From positions 1,459,604-1,520,281 of the forward strand of contig NC_069004.1 in the NCBI RefSeq assembly GCF_001194135.2: a DNA stretch of 60,678 bases, read 5' to 3'. Positions 40,858-52,278 of the stretch are shown piece by piece. The first letter of the stretch is position 1. Each line of letters opens with the position of its first letter. The stretch is from Octopus bimaculoides. Taxonomy: Eukaryota. The notes under the pieces are model-generated. The model was not told the DNA's origin. It did not search any database and saw only the letters and a program-made list of their open reading frames with translations. Made by a program: the position numbers and the translations under genes.

Positions 40858-41524
40858 GTCTGTCTGTCTCTCTGTTTTTATTTGCTATCTGCCTATATTA
40901 CTTCNNNNNNNNNNNNNNNNNNNNNNNNNNNNNNNNNNNNNNNNNNNNNNNNNNNNNNNNNNNNNNNNNNNNNNNNNNNNNNNNNNNNNNNNNNNNNNNN
41001 NNNNNNNNNNNNNNNNNNNNNNNNNNNNNNNNNNNNNNNNNNNNNNNNNNNNNNNNNNNNNNNNNNNNNNNNNNNNNNNNNNNNNNNNNNNNNNNNNNNN
41101 NNNNNNNNNNNNNNNNNNNNNNNNNNNNNNNNNNNNNNNNNNNNNNNNNNNNNNNNNNNNNNNNNNNNNNNNNNNNNNNNNNNNNNNNNNNNNNNNNNNN
41201 NNNNNNNNNNNNNNNNNNNNNNNNNNNNNNNNNNNNNNNNNNNNNNNNNNNNNNNNNNNNNNNNNNNNNNNNNNNNNNNNNNNNNNNNNNNNNNNNNNNN
41301 NNNNNNNNNNNNNNNNNNNNNNNNNNNNNNNNNNNNNNNNNNNNNNNNNNNNNNNNNNNNNNNNNNNNNNNNNNNNNNNNNNNNNNNNNNNCCTATTTGG
41401 ACAGCAAGTTTTATGCCAAGGTATTTTTATTTCAGAAGAGCTGTCTTCTTCACGGCTTTGTCAACGGGAAACCCCTCTCCCCCTGTACTCCCCCCCCCCG
41501 CCGGGAAATCTATTTAACCTATAG

Positions 41525-41665
41525 TTGAACCCTGATGTAGTACTGTTCCATATCGGAACGGACCTGGGAGAAATGGTAATTAGGGGAAGACTCTATGCTC
41601 CCCATACTCCAGGACTCCAGAACTGGTGCCTCACTACCCAGTACAGTTTGTCATAGCCAGAACAC
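41525..41665 (+). mobile_element. Dispersed repeat family E fragment (my label)
   Basis: ggacctgggagaaatggtaattagggg..ctccccatactccaggactccagaactggtgcctcac resembles a common octopus interspersed repeat as recalled; only one copy in this window. Confidence 0.45.
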
Positions 41666-41752
41666 ACACACACACACACACACACACACGCGTAGAGAGA
41701 GAGGAGGGGCTGATAGATAGACAGACAAATAGATAGATGGTTAGACAAGTAA

Positions 41753-41796
<44 letters not shown>

Positions 41797-42076
41797 CTAT
41801 AATATGCTCGCCGTTCTGTGAGTCCCTTAATAATAAATACAGAAACGTTAACAAGCATTGACCAAACTGTTGCTCGTTCTTCGCATTGTTTTTCCTTTTC
41901 TTTTCCACGCAACTTAATCATTCCGACTTAAACTTGTTTTTAGTTTTAATGTTCCCAGCATCAAATATATTAACACCAACACAATCGTGCGCGTTTATTT
42001 GTCTTTGCGTATGCATCTATGAGTCCATGTAAGTGTAAGTCAATGTGGTGTCTCTGTGTGCGTATGCTTGTGTCTG

Positions 42077-42113
<37 letters not shown>

Positions 42114-42289
42114 CTGTGTGTATGTGTCTGCGTGTATGTGTCTGCGTGCCTGTATGATCACGTACACCTGATTGCTTGCGTGCATTTATGCTTGTGCAGA
42201 CTTTAATTGAACATCTGTACACAATATCTGTAACAGCTTATATTGATTTTTTTTCAGTGCTTGCCCTGCAACGAGCTGGCTGTATATAA

Positions 42290-42395
<106 letters not shown>

Positions 42396-42417
42396 GTATC
42401 GGGATTCCCACTTGTGA

Positions 42418-42431
42418 GTTACTATGGTAAC
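42418..42431. promoter_or_regulatory. RFX X-box match
   Basis: GTTACTATGGTAAC (reverse complement GTTACCATAGTAAC) fits the 14-bp X-box consensus; function untested. Confidence 0.35.
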
Positions 42432-42553
42432 GACGGCTTGGAGTTTAGAGGGGTTTGCAAACAGCGTGTTAGATTGTCAATAATGTGGGGGAATTCGCAA
42501 CCAGCTGAATATGCGCCTAAAATATGCATTTCTGACGCAGGCGCAGAACGCCT

Positions 42554-43315
42554 GATGTATCTGGGGAAAATCATTGATACCTTGTTGTGTTGTTACATTT
42601 TATTAACTCATCCTCTACTCAATACCTTTCTTTGAGACAGGGCACGGATGGAAGTCGATATGTTCATGTTCTGGCGTACATCTTCCCTTGCTTGATGCTA
42701 CTCCTCGGTAGAGGGCACGGATGGATGTCGTCTAGGGAAAATCATTACTATCTCCATGACACCTTGCATTTTATTATATCGTCCTTTGCCCGATGCCTCT
42801 TTTTTGGTGTGAGGCACGACTGGAAATCGATATCTTGATGTGCTGCCGCATCGTATTACATCCTTCTTTTCCCAGTGCTACTCTTTGGAGGAGGGCACGG
42901 TTGGAAGTGATCTGAGAATCATCATCGATATCTCGATGTGTTGTTGCATCTTACTACACCATCCTTTGTTCGATGTCACTCCTTGGTAGATGACACGGAT
43001 GGAAGTCGTCTGGGGAAAAATCACCAATATTTTAATGACTTGCTGCATCTTATTTACATTATCTTTTGTTCGATTCCATTCTTTGGAAGGCGTCTGATGG
43101 AAATCATCGCTATCGTGATGTACTGTTGCACCTGATTACATCACCATTTGCTAGCTTCTATTTTTTGGTAGAGGTCACGGTTAGAAGTTGTCTTGCACCT
43201 TGCCACACAATCCTTTACTCGCTTCCACTCTTTGGTGGAGGGCAAGATTGAAACAAGTCTGACGAAATTCCTCAATATCTTGAAACTAGTCTGAGGAAAT
43301 TCCGCAATATCAATC
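42554..43315. repeat. Diverged tandem array, about 8 units of 68-99 bp
   Basis: Anchor (g)ggcacgg(a/t)tggaa and variants at about 42640, 42713, 42812, 42893, 42991, 43088, 43173 and 43241. Confidence 0.85.
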
Positions 43316-43319
43316 CATT

Positions 43320-43383
43320 TTCAAGGTGGTGCCCTAGCATGGCCGTAGTTCAATGACTGAAACAAGTGAAAGATAAAAGATTT
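43320..43383 (+). mobile_element. SINE family B 3' tail
   Basis: ttcaaggtggtgccctagcatggccgtagttcaatgactgaaacaagtgaaagataaaaga. Confidence 0.85.
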
Positions 43384-44058
43384 CACCAGACGCTATAAAG
43401 CTGTTGACCAAAGAAAATGTTGAAGTGATTAAAGGAGATTGGAATGAATCCTTTTTCTGGAATACGATGACTTTTATACTCTCGTCCGTCGTTTATCGTT
43501 TTGACTCATAATTTATTCAGGGTGTTTATCGAGTGCACCCATGCAGTCCAAACCCGGATTACACGCATACCAGATTTGCGATACAGATTTCTGCAAGAGA
43601 AAACTAAAAACAATACGGCTGTGGAGATTAGTTGCACGAGAGGATGTAAAGATTTCATTGAAAAATTAGCGAGAAAGAGATTATTTAAGGCCAACTGCTT
43701 CGGAACCAATGCACATTTGTAATTTAAATTATTCGCCCATAGCATTACGTTAGTAAGTCTGGAAAAGTTGAAAGTTCCGGTCAGACCAAATGACCTTCTG
43801 CCTTGCATTCTGCAAATTCAATCTGTAAGCTGATAATCTTTAAGACAATTCTACAATTCAACACGCAATGTTGTTGTTTATGTCCAAATTCCAGTGATGG
43901 AGTTTGAATAATCTGTTAGGAACCAAATTCCATCTTTACAGGAAGAATTCAAAGAGATTTAAAACAAAGAGATGTTCGAATATAAACTAAACACAAAAGG
44001 AACTTCAGTTTAAAGAATACGTACATTATATATATGTATATATATATATATGTATATA

Positions 44059-44269
44059 TTACTTGCTTCAGTCATTGGACTACGGCCATACTGGGGCATC
44101 GCCTCGAAAGGTTTAGTGGAAAGAATCAGCCTTAGTGCTTGTTTCTTTTAAAACCTGGTACTTATTTTATTGGTCTTTGTGCCGAACCGCTACGTTACAG
44201 AGACATAAACAAAGCAACACCGGTTGTGAAACGGTGGATTGACAAATACACACACACACACACACTCAC

Positions 44270-44300
<31 letters not shown>

Positions 44301-44310
44301 ACGGGATTCC
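44059..44310 (-). mobile_element. SINE family B 3' half with internal microsatellite
   Basis: ttacttgcttcagtcattggactacggccatactggggc..cctggtacttatttt..gccgaaccgctacgttac..ccggttgtgaaacggtgg + (CA)(TA). Confidence 0.9.
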
Positions 44311-44382
44311 ACACACACACATATATGCATATATGTATGTTTATATGCATATATTTGCATGTAGTATATATATATATATGTG

Positions 44383-44424
<42 letters not shown>

Positions 44425-44729
44425 TATGTATTAATGCATATATAAACATATACATAATACACACATACATGCATATAAATACATTGATATAAAACTACAC
44501 ATATACATGCTACATATATACGTATGTATGTATGTATGTATGTATGTATATGCATACAAACAAACGTGCATACACCTATACAATGACATGCCATACAAGC
44601 TGCAGCACTTCACACATAAGCGCATTTGTTTGAATCTAACCATTCACACACAAACACGTACACACGCGCACACACGCGCACGCTCGCTCGCGCGCGTTAT
44701 AGGCCATGCATCCACATATGTCCTGGTCG

Positions 44730-44743
44730 GTTTCCATGGCGAC
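44730..44743. promoter_or_regulatory. RFX X-box match followed by a TGACG half-site in a CpG-rich patch
   Basis: GTTTCCATGGCGAC then gtaTGACGc. Confidence 0.3.
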
Positions 44744-45208
44744 GTATGACGCACGAAACGCCCCAGTAATCAGACTGTCTCTTAGCGTTCTCCTTTTATT
44801 CTCGGTGTTTCTCGAGTGATTTCCCTGACTATCTTGGAATCCATTTTGCTCTCCGCAGACTCACGTTCCCACCTCTTCCATCGCATCTGCCGCCATCACC
44901 AGAGACACCTAACGATGCCATATGGCACTTTCTCGCCTACATTACTCTACCTTTCTTTCTTTCCTTCCTTCTTTCTTTCTTTCCTTCTTTCTTTTTTCCT
45001 TCCTCTTCAAGCTTCCATCTCTTTTTATTCGCTTCCTTGTTTATTATGCGACTAAACTGTGCATACACAAACTCAGAGGCACGCGTGCGCGCGCTCAACA
45101 CACACACACACACACGCATTGAGACAGAAGTGGGAGTGAGATGCTAATACTACCAGAATTATATACACATATGAATACACACACACATACATACATACAT
45201 ATACACGC

Positions 45209-45282
<74 letters not shown>

Positions 45283-45482
45283 CCACACACACACGTATAT
45301 ATCTACATACAGATATATATCTACACACATATACACATTCATATGCATATACATACATCCATATATATACATACATATACATACATTCACATACGTGTGT
45401 GTATGTGTGTGTACACGCATGTACATCTATAAACCACCAAAGTATGATTCATTCCATTATTACTCAGTTATCGCACACAGTA

Positions 45483-45524
<42 letters not shown>

Positions 45525-47163
45525 CCAGATTATATTTAGGGATTCCCTAAATATGAGCTGACTCATCACATGTGTTCTCAGTGTGGAGGGAAACCCCAGG
45601 TTGCAATGGAGTGAATCCCCCCAACTGCTACCATACCAATATAGACTTGGCGCCATGTATTGAGTTCAACTCCGTCCTTGTTTTGTGTGTCTGTCTGATG
45701 GTATAATATATATANNNNNNNNNNNNNNNNNNNNNNNNNNNNNNNNNNNNNNNNNNNNNNNNNNNNNNNNNNNNNNNNNNNNNNNNNNNNNNNNNNNNNN
45801 NNNNNNNNNNNNNNNNNNNNNNNNNNNNNNNNNNNNNNNNNNNNNNNNNNNNNNNNNNNNNNNNNNNNNNNNNNNNNNNNNNNNNNNNNNNNNNNNNNNN
45901 NNNNNNNNNNNNNNNNNNNNNNNNNNNNNNNNNNNNNNNNNNNNNNNNNNNNNNNNNNNNNNNNNNNNNNNNNNNNNNNNNNNNNNNNNNNNNNNNNNNN
46001 NNNNNNNNNNNNNNNNNNNNNNNNNNNNNNNNNNNNNNNNNNNNNNNNNNNNNNNNNNNNNNNNNNNNNNNNNNNNNNNNNNNNNNNNNNNNNNNNNNNN
46101 NNNNNNNNNNNNNNNNNNNNNNNNNNNNNNNNNNNNNNNNNNNNNNNNNNNNNNNNNNNNNNNNNNNNNNNNNNNNNNNNNNNNNNNNNNNNNNNNNNNN
46201 NNNNNNNNNNNNNNNNNNNNNNNNNNNNNNNNNNNNNNNNNNNNNNNNNNNNNNNNNNNNNNNNNNNNNNNNNNNNNNNNNNNNNNNNNNNNNNNNNNNN
46301 NNNNNNNNNNNNNNNNNNNNNNNNNNNNNNNTCCTCTCCCTCACCTAACAGGGTTTATTTCTGTTTTCTTTCCTTCTTTTTTTTTTCCTTCTTCTTCTTC
46401 ATCTCTGGTCTTTTTCTGTCTATTTCTGGGTTATTTTCTCAACAGCTGTTGATGACGCTGCTGCTGATGACGACGACGACGCCGACGATGACGATGACGA
46501 TGACGACGGTGCTGCAGATCATGTTTCTGCTGACTTTGCTGCAATTGTTGCTGATGTTGATGGTGCTGTATCTTATCATATTATTTTTGTCCTCAATGTT
46601 GTTGTTGTTGTTGGTGTTATTGCAGCTGATCCTCCTCCTCCTCCTCCTCCTCCTACTGTTGCTGTTGTTGTTGTTGTTTCGTGCTGCGTTTGTTGTTGTC
46701 GTTGCTATTACTGTTAATGTCAATGTGTAGCTGCTGCTGTTGCTGCTGCTGTTGTACTTCTGCTGCTGCTGTGGTTGCAATCGCTGTTATTACTGTTGCT
46801 GTGGTTGTTTGTCATTGCTGCTGATTCTGCGGTTGTTCCTTTTGCGGCTGCCGTTGCTATTGTTGTTGTTGTTGCTACAGTTGGTGTTGTGATGCTTATG
46901 TCACTGAGATGGTCGTTGGTGTAGTTGGTACTGTTATTGTTATGCAGCTACTACTACTACTACTACTACTACAACTATCAACCAGGAAGTGTTTGTTTAA
47001 CTCAGTGCAGAACAAATATGACAAGTAAGTCTGCTTCGCAGTTGTTGAGATCTCTCGAAGGACACACAGACATACATCATGTAATAGATAGATAGATAGA
47101 TAGATACGTGGCTGTGAATATATCTATATATGTACACATACATAAATCCATATAAATTACACA

Positions 47164-47203
<40 letters not shown>

Positions 47204-47372
47204 CACTGCAGATGGTTCTTATATCATCATTGAAGCATAAAATGTAGAATCTGTCCTGACAAAATTTGATGCAATTGTAATTAGAACAGTGATAACATCT
47301 CAAATGAAAAGTAAAAATAAATGGAGGAAATGATGTCGTTAAGTGTAAATACAGCTTCAGGAATCATTTCCA

Positions 47373-47560
47373 AACCACCTGTCCACCATTACGAATAAAT
47401 CAAAAATGAATGCCACAGTTCTGTCAGAACATGTATGGAAACTGAAAAACCTATATGTGAACGACTGCAATGTCTAACGCACAACAACCAAACAACTCTT
47501 ACTTTATATGAACGGAGCAATACCATGTCAATTATGCAAAGCCGAGAAGTACCAAAAGTA
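47373..47560 (+). pseudogene. Decayed PLE GIY-YIG endonuclease C-terminal fragment
   Basis: NHLSTITNKSKMNATVLSEHVWKLKN and NGAIPCQLCKAEKYQ match PLE EN motifs (T.LS.HIW.LK; C.LC..EK). Confidence 0.7.
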
Positions 47561-47714
47561 CCAAATTTAAGTCATCCATTATGATAAATAAGGTGATTGC
47601 ACTCATCTTGCCTTTTTTGACAGTGTTGTTCGATGCGTTATTTTTTTCCTCGGGAATATAAAAAAGTGATTTAAAGAAGATTTAGCACCTATTTCTAACA
47701 AGCTTAGAATAATG

Positions 47715-47767
<53 letters not shown>

Positions 47768-47879
47768 ATGTCCATGTGGATTTGTACTGCCTCATTAAGT
47801 GCATCACCGTGCTCCTAAACTGTATATAGCATCAAGATGTAGGCCCTGTTACTATATTACATCCGTTTTGCTTTTGCCG

Positions 47880-48240
47880 TGTCGTCTGGCATGTTGTTTC
47901 TGGTGAGATTTAATCATTTCTCCTCTCGGGTAAAGTCAGCGTAGTGTTTTATAGTTGTTGTTATCTGCTCCAGTGGTAAACGCTTGTTGCGTATAACATT
48001 TGGCTCGTGGCTTGCATAGCATTAATGGGTTGGAGCTGTGTGGAATAAGGGCTTTTGGTGTTTTCCTACCGATATCGGTTATGTGGGTTGCATCATATCG
48101 TTGGGTATACGCTGTGTCCCATGTCTATGCTGCTTTGAGTTGAATAATTGAACTGAAAATGTCATTCGAAGAATAAGGGATGTACCAAGCAGAGTTACGT
48201 TTTCGACTCCGTGTAACGTTGTTTTTGCCTATGGTTTTGC
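47880..48240 (-). pseudogene. Probable decayed PLE RT-EN linker fragment
   Basis: RSRKRNSAWYIPYSSND, TDIGRK, NKRL resemble RKRNI.WFNPPYS..TNIG..HNKRL; a mariner reading of part of it is also possible. Confidence 0.4.
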
Positions 48241-48255
48241 TAATATTGTTATTTT

Positions 48256-48334
48256 TATTACACTTAGTATTTCTATTACAATTAGTACTTCTATTACACT
48301 TAGTACTTTTATTACACTTAGTACAGTTATTACA
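48256..48334. repeat. 18-bp minisatellite, about 4.4 copies
   Basis: tattacacttagtacttc-type units at 48256, 48274, 48292, 48310 and 48328. Confidence 0.9.
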
Positions 48335-48399
48335 ATGACTGTTTTTGTTTTACTTTCATGCTACATATTTCGTGTATTTCAGTTTAGAGATTATCTAAG

Positions 48400-49128
48400 A
48401 AGGATGAAACCTAACTGGAGAAGTGATGATCCTGAAATGGACTTGAGATTAAATACTGGTCTGTCGAACCAGTCGGTGGGGTTCTCACAAGAGTGAGTGG
48501 GGAGGGCGGTGCGTTGTAAAACAAAAAAAAGACCTTGGCTTCATTGGCTTCAATCATTTCCAACAGATCAGAGCAGATTTCCACCTTTCTCTCTTTCAAA
48601 TCGGTTTCCAATCCCCGATGTACCCGCTTTGCAAACACTTTCATGTACCCATAATCTTCCACCGTCTTCTGTCCTGCAGTAAAATCACAGTCCATTTGAA
48701 CAGCAGGCACACGGATTAAAATTCGTCTGTCAGGTGAATTAATTTGTCCATTCGCTATCGATTCGTATCAATGGTCACAGTTGTCGGTCTTCTGCAGTTT
48801 GGTTCGTCTGCAATGCTGATTTACCCATCTTTGAGCTGCTTCGTCCGTCTGAGCTCATTGCTCTTGAGAATGATACCATTTCTGCAAACAACCCGTAGGC
48901 TTCTGTGAGTGTGGGGCAGCCTTCACCTTTCCCTCTTCAAGGGTTCTTTGACAGCATTCTACGACTGTTTGGAACTCGTTATTTGCCTGCAATGAAGAAC
49001 AGGTAGCAGAGATGCTATAGAGGAGGAGGCATTCTACCAAAATGGGCAAATTGAACGAGTTAGAATTGTTAATAAAAATGAAAAAAAGATATGTCCACTT
49101 TTGCATTGCTTTCGGGACAACCCTCGAA
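48400..49128 (-). mobile_element. Decayed, internally deleted mariner (Tc1/mariner) transposon
   Basis: Minus peptides TKQLKDG*ISIADEPNCRRPTTVT, DRRILIR...EDYGYMKVFAKRVHRGL...KVEICSDLLE match the mariner HTH and K..ARWVP..L..R..IC..LL region; FYNAPP resembles DNAPPH; 5' TIR-like CGAGGGTTGTCCCGAAAGCAATGC at about 49103-49126. Confidence 0.8.
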
Positions 49129-49278
49129 TAATACTTGGAAATATATATATATATATATATATATATACATGTTTATATATACATGTTTATATATATGTAT
49201 ATGCATGTTTATATAGATATGTATGCAGGTGTTCATATATATGTGTGTGGGGGGTGTTTACATTATATAAATTTATAC

Positions 49279-49340
<62 letters not shown>

Positions 49341-49634
49341 ATATATACGCACACATATATATATATATATATACATGCACACACATACACAGATATACAT
49401 ACATACATACATATATACATACATACGTGCATGCATATATGTTTATATAAACATACATAGATATGTGTGAGTGAGAGAGAGAACTGGAGAAAGATGGGCA
49501 GAGTGCATTTATGCGTGCGTGAGTCTGTGCACGCAAGAGCGTTTGTAAGTGCGCCTGTGTGCTTGCAGCCGTACAAGAATATATGTGCAGATGCAATAGA
49601 TCCACACACACACACACACATATATATATGCATG

Positions 49635-49666
<32 letters not shown>

Positions 49667-50603
49667 TACATATATGCTCTACGCTTATGCAAGACGCAGC
49701 ACTAAAAGTGTGTATATGAAGACACACACGTGCATCAGTGTGCGTGGAATTGGTTCGGAAGAGGTGAAACTACCGTAAATGGTGTGATAGCGATTTACTG
49801 TTTGAATAAATTATGATGTACGCAACCACATGTCTCTGATATGTCACACTCGCTCCCTCTCGCTCTTTCTCTCTCACACACACACACACATGTGCATATA
49901 TGTGCGTGTGTGTGTGTGTGCGTGTGCGTGCGTGTATATGTATTTGTATATATGTATATGTGTGTGAATGTGTGTCTGTTTGTGTATATAGGCATGTGTG
50001 TGTGTGTGTTTGTGGGTGGTGCAGCGTGAGTGCATCCATTCATATACACTAAAACATGCAGACATACATTTGTGCATACATACACACACATATACCTGCG
50101 TACATACACGCACACACACGAAAGCACATACGTATCTTTATATGCATACACACACACATGCACACACACATACACACACACATACACACACACATACACA
50201 CACACACACACATGAATATATATTTGTGTCAGCACGTTTAAGCGCGTGTATCTACCTTTCTATCAACCTATCTGTCATATGTATGTATGTATGCGTGTAT
50301 GCATGTATGTATGTATGTAATTGTGTATGTGTGTATGTATGCATGTATGTATGTGTATGTGTGTGTGTGTTTGTGTGTGTGNNNNNNNNNNNNNNNNNNN
50401 NNNNNNNNNNNNNNNNNNNNNNNNNNNNNNNNNNNNNNNNNNNNNNNNNNNNNNNNNNNNNNNNNNNNNNNNNNNNNNNNNNNNNNNNNNNNNNNNNNNN
50501 NNNNNNNNNNNNNNNNNNNNNNNNNNNNNNNNNNNNNNNNNNNNNNNNNNNNNNNNNNNNNNNNNNNNNNNNNNNNNNNNNNNNNNNNNNNNNNNNNNNN
50601 NNC

Positions 50604-50710
50604 CACCAGTGCTCAACATGCACTTATATTTATCGAGTCCGAAAGGATAAGAGGCAAAGCGATCTTGGCGGAATTTGAACCTACAACCTAAAGATCCGGA
50701 AGGAGTAGCG
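50604..50710 (-). mobile_element. SINE family A fragment
   Basis: ccagtgctcaac..tttatcgagtccgaaaggataagaggcaaag..ttggcggaatttgaac. Confidence 0.75.
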
Positions 50711-50896
50711 ATGATCATTTTGCCAGGTGGGAAAAGAAATCTACGCACACACCTACGCACACACACACACAGACACACACACAGACACACACAAATATAT
50801 ACGAATGCACATTCATACATGCATACATACATACATATACTCACACACTCACACATACGTATACTAAAGCACACATATATATATATACATACACAC

Positions 50897-50932
<36 letters not shown>

Positions 50933-51037
50933 TGTATAGATGCACACACTCATTGGTAGGTGATCACGAGATTTTGTGTTATATTCCTGAAACCCGATTA
51001 AGCGATGATGAAACACACACATACAAAAGCACATCCG

Positions 51038-51120
51038 CACACACATACCTCACACACATACCTCACACACATACCTCACACACGTACCTCACACACGTAC
51101 CTCACACACACACACGTACT
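51038..51120. repeat. 13-bp minisatellite (cacacacatacct), about 5-6 copies
   Basis: First three units have atacct, later units gtacct. Confidence 0.85.
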
Positions 51121-51542
51121 TACAACCCTGCGTACACGTTTGCAAAAGGTTATAAACCGTGTAAATAACAACAATATTTCGAGCGTGTGTTTATGGGAGA
51201 CACTCGGCTCGTGCGGGGGAATCCCCTCGTCTTTAAGGTTGCCATTCCGACCTGTCTGCTTTCTTATGTTTTCTAAGCATTGTTGTTAACAGTGTAGACA
51301 TTCACCAAGCAACAAGTGGAAGGGGTGGTAGGGCGGCCATAGGAACAAGGATATCAGGATGCCGACAGATTCTGGCTGACCAAGATCAGAACGGTGCTGC
51401 TCTCCCCCTCTCTCTCTCTCTCTCCTTCATTCTCTCTCTCTCTCTTCCTTTCTCTCTGTGCACACACGCACATTGTTTTGTTTTTATGCAGGAAAAACTT
51501 TATTGAAACTCAACTATTTACTTCTCAATAGTAAGTTAGCTA

Positions 51543-51642
51543 CAAGATCAACGTTGACAGTGACTTCGAATTTTCGACTTGCTCGCCTGCATCATCAGGC
51601 AAGCAAGCCGAAAATTCGAAGTCACTGTCAACGTCGAGCTTG
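51543..51642. repeat. 100-bp near-perfect palindrome (47-bp stem, 6-nt loop)
   Basis: Arms 51543-51589 and 51596-51642 are reverse complements at 43/47 positions. Confidence 0.95.
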
Positions 51643-51843
51643 TTAAAGTTAATAGTTATGTATATGCATACATACATACATATATATATATATAAATACA
51701 TACGTACCTACACACACACACACACACACATACACAAACACACATACATATATATACAAACACATACATGCAGACATATATGTGCGCGTGTGTGTGTGTG
51801 TATGTGTGTGTACACGTACACATATGCATATATACATATTTAC

Positions 51844-51889
<46 letters not shown>

Positions 51890-51890
51890 T

Positions 51891-51961
51891 TACAGGTATA
51901 TATATACAGGTATATACACACAGGTGTATATACACAGGTATATACACGCAGGTATATATAT
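51891..51961. repeat. 14-bp minisatellite (acaggtatatacac), about 5 copies
   Basis: caggt recurs every 14 bp within TA/CA sequence. Confidence 0.8.
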
Positions 51962-52278
51962 ATATATATGTATATATATGTATGTATACAGATATGTATG
52001 TGCTTCAATTATATGTGTGTCTATGTATACACACAAACACACAAACACACACACACATGAATGTGCGCGCGCGGGCGATGACACATTGACTCACGCACAC
52101 GCGCACACAACGTAGGTTTAATGTGTTGTGAAATTACAGCAATCACCTGTACAGGTATTCTACACTACAGCTATACAAACAAAACTGTATCTGTACAGGC
52201 CATTTCCAAGACAACACCGAATTGTGAAACACCAACAGATCAGTGTGTATGTGTGTGTATGTTAAAGTCTGTCATACC

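Noticed and set aside
43250-43300. CTGACGA...GAAAC..GTC as a hammerhead
   Set aside because: Arises from variant units of the tandem array; no stem I or II.
42554-43315. Array as CRISPR or C2H2 zinc-finger repeats
   Set aside because: Whole units are homologous (no unique spacers), context is eukaryotic, and no Cys/His pattern or TGEKP linker appears in any frame checked.
43400-43720. Possible mariner C-terminal relic (HPCSPNPDY)
   Set aside because: Single weak motif; surrounding translation does not fit.
51570-51600. CTGATGA...GAAA ATTC on the minus strand of the palindrome as a hammerhead
   Set aside because: Stems I and II cannot form, and the 47-bp hairpin would out-compete the fold.
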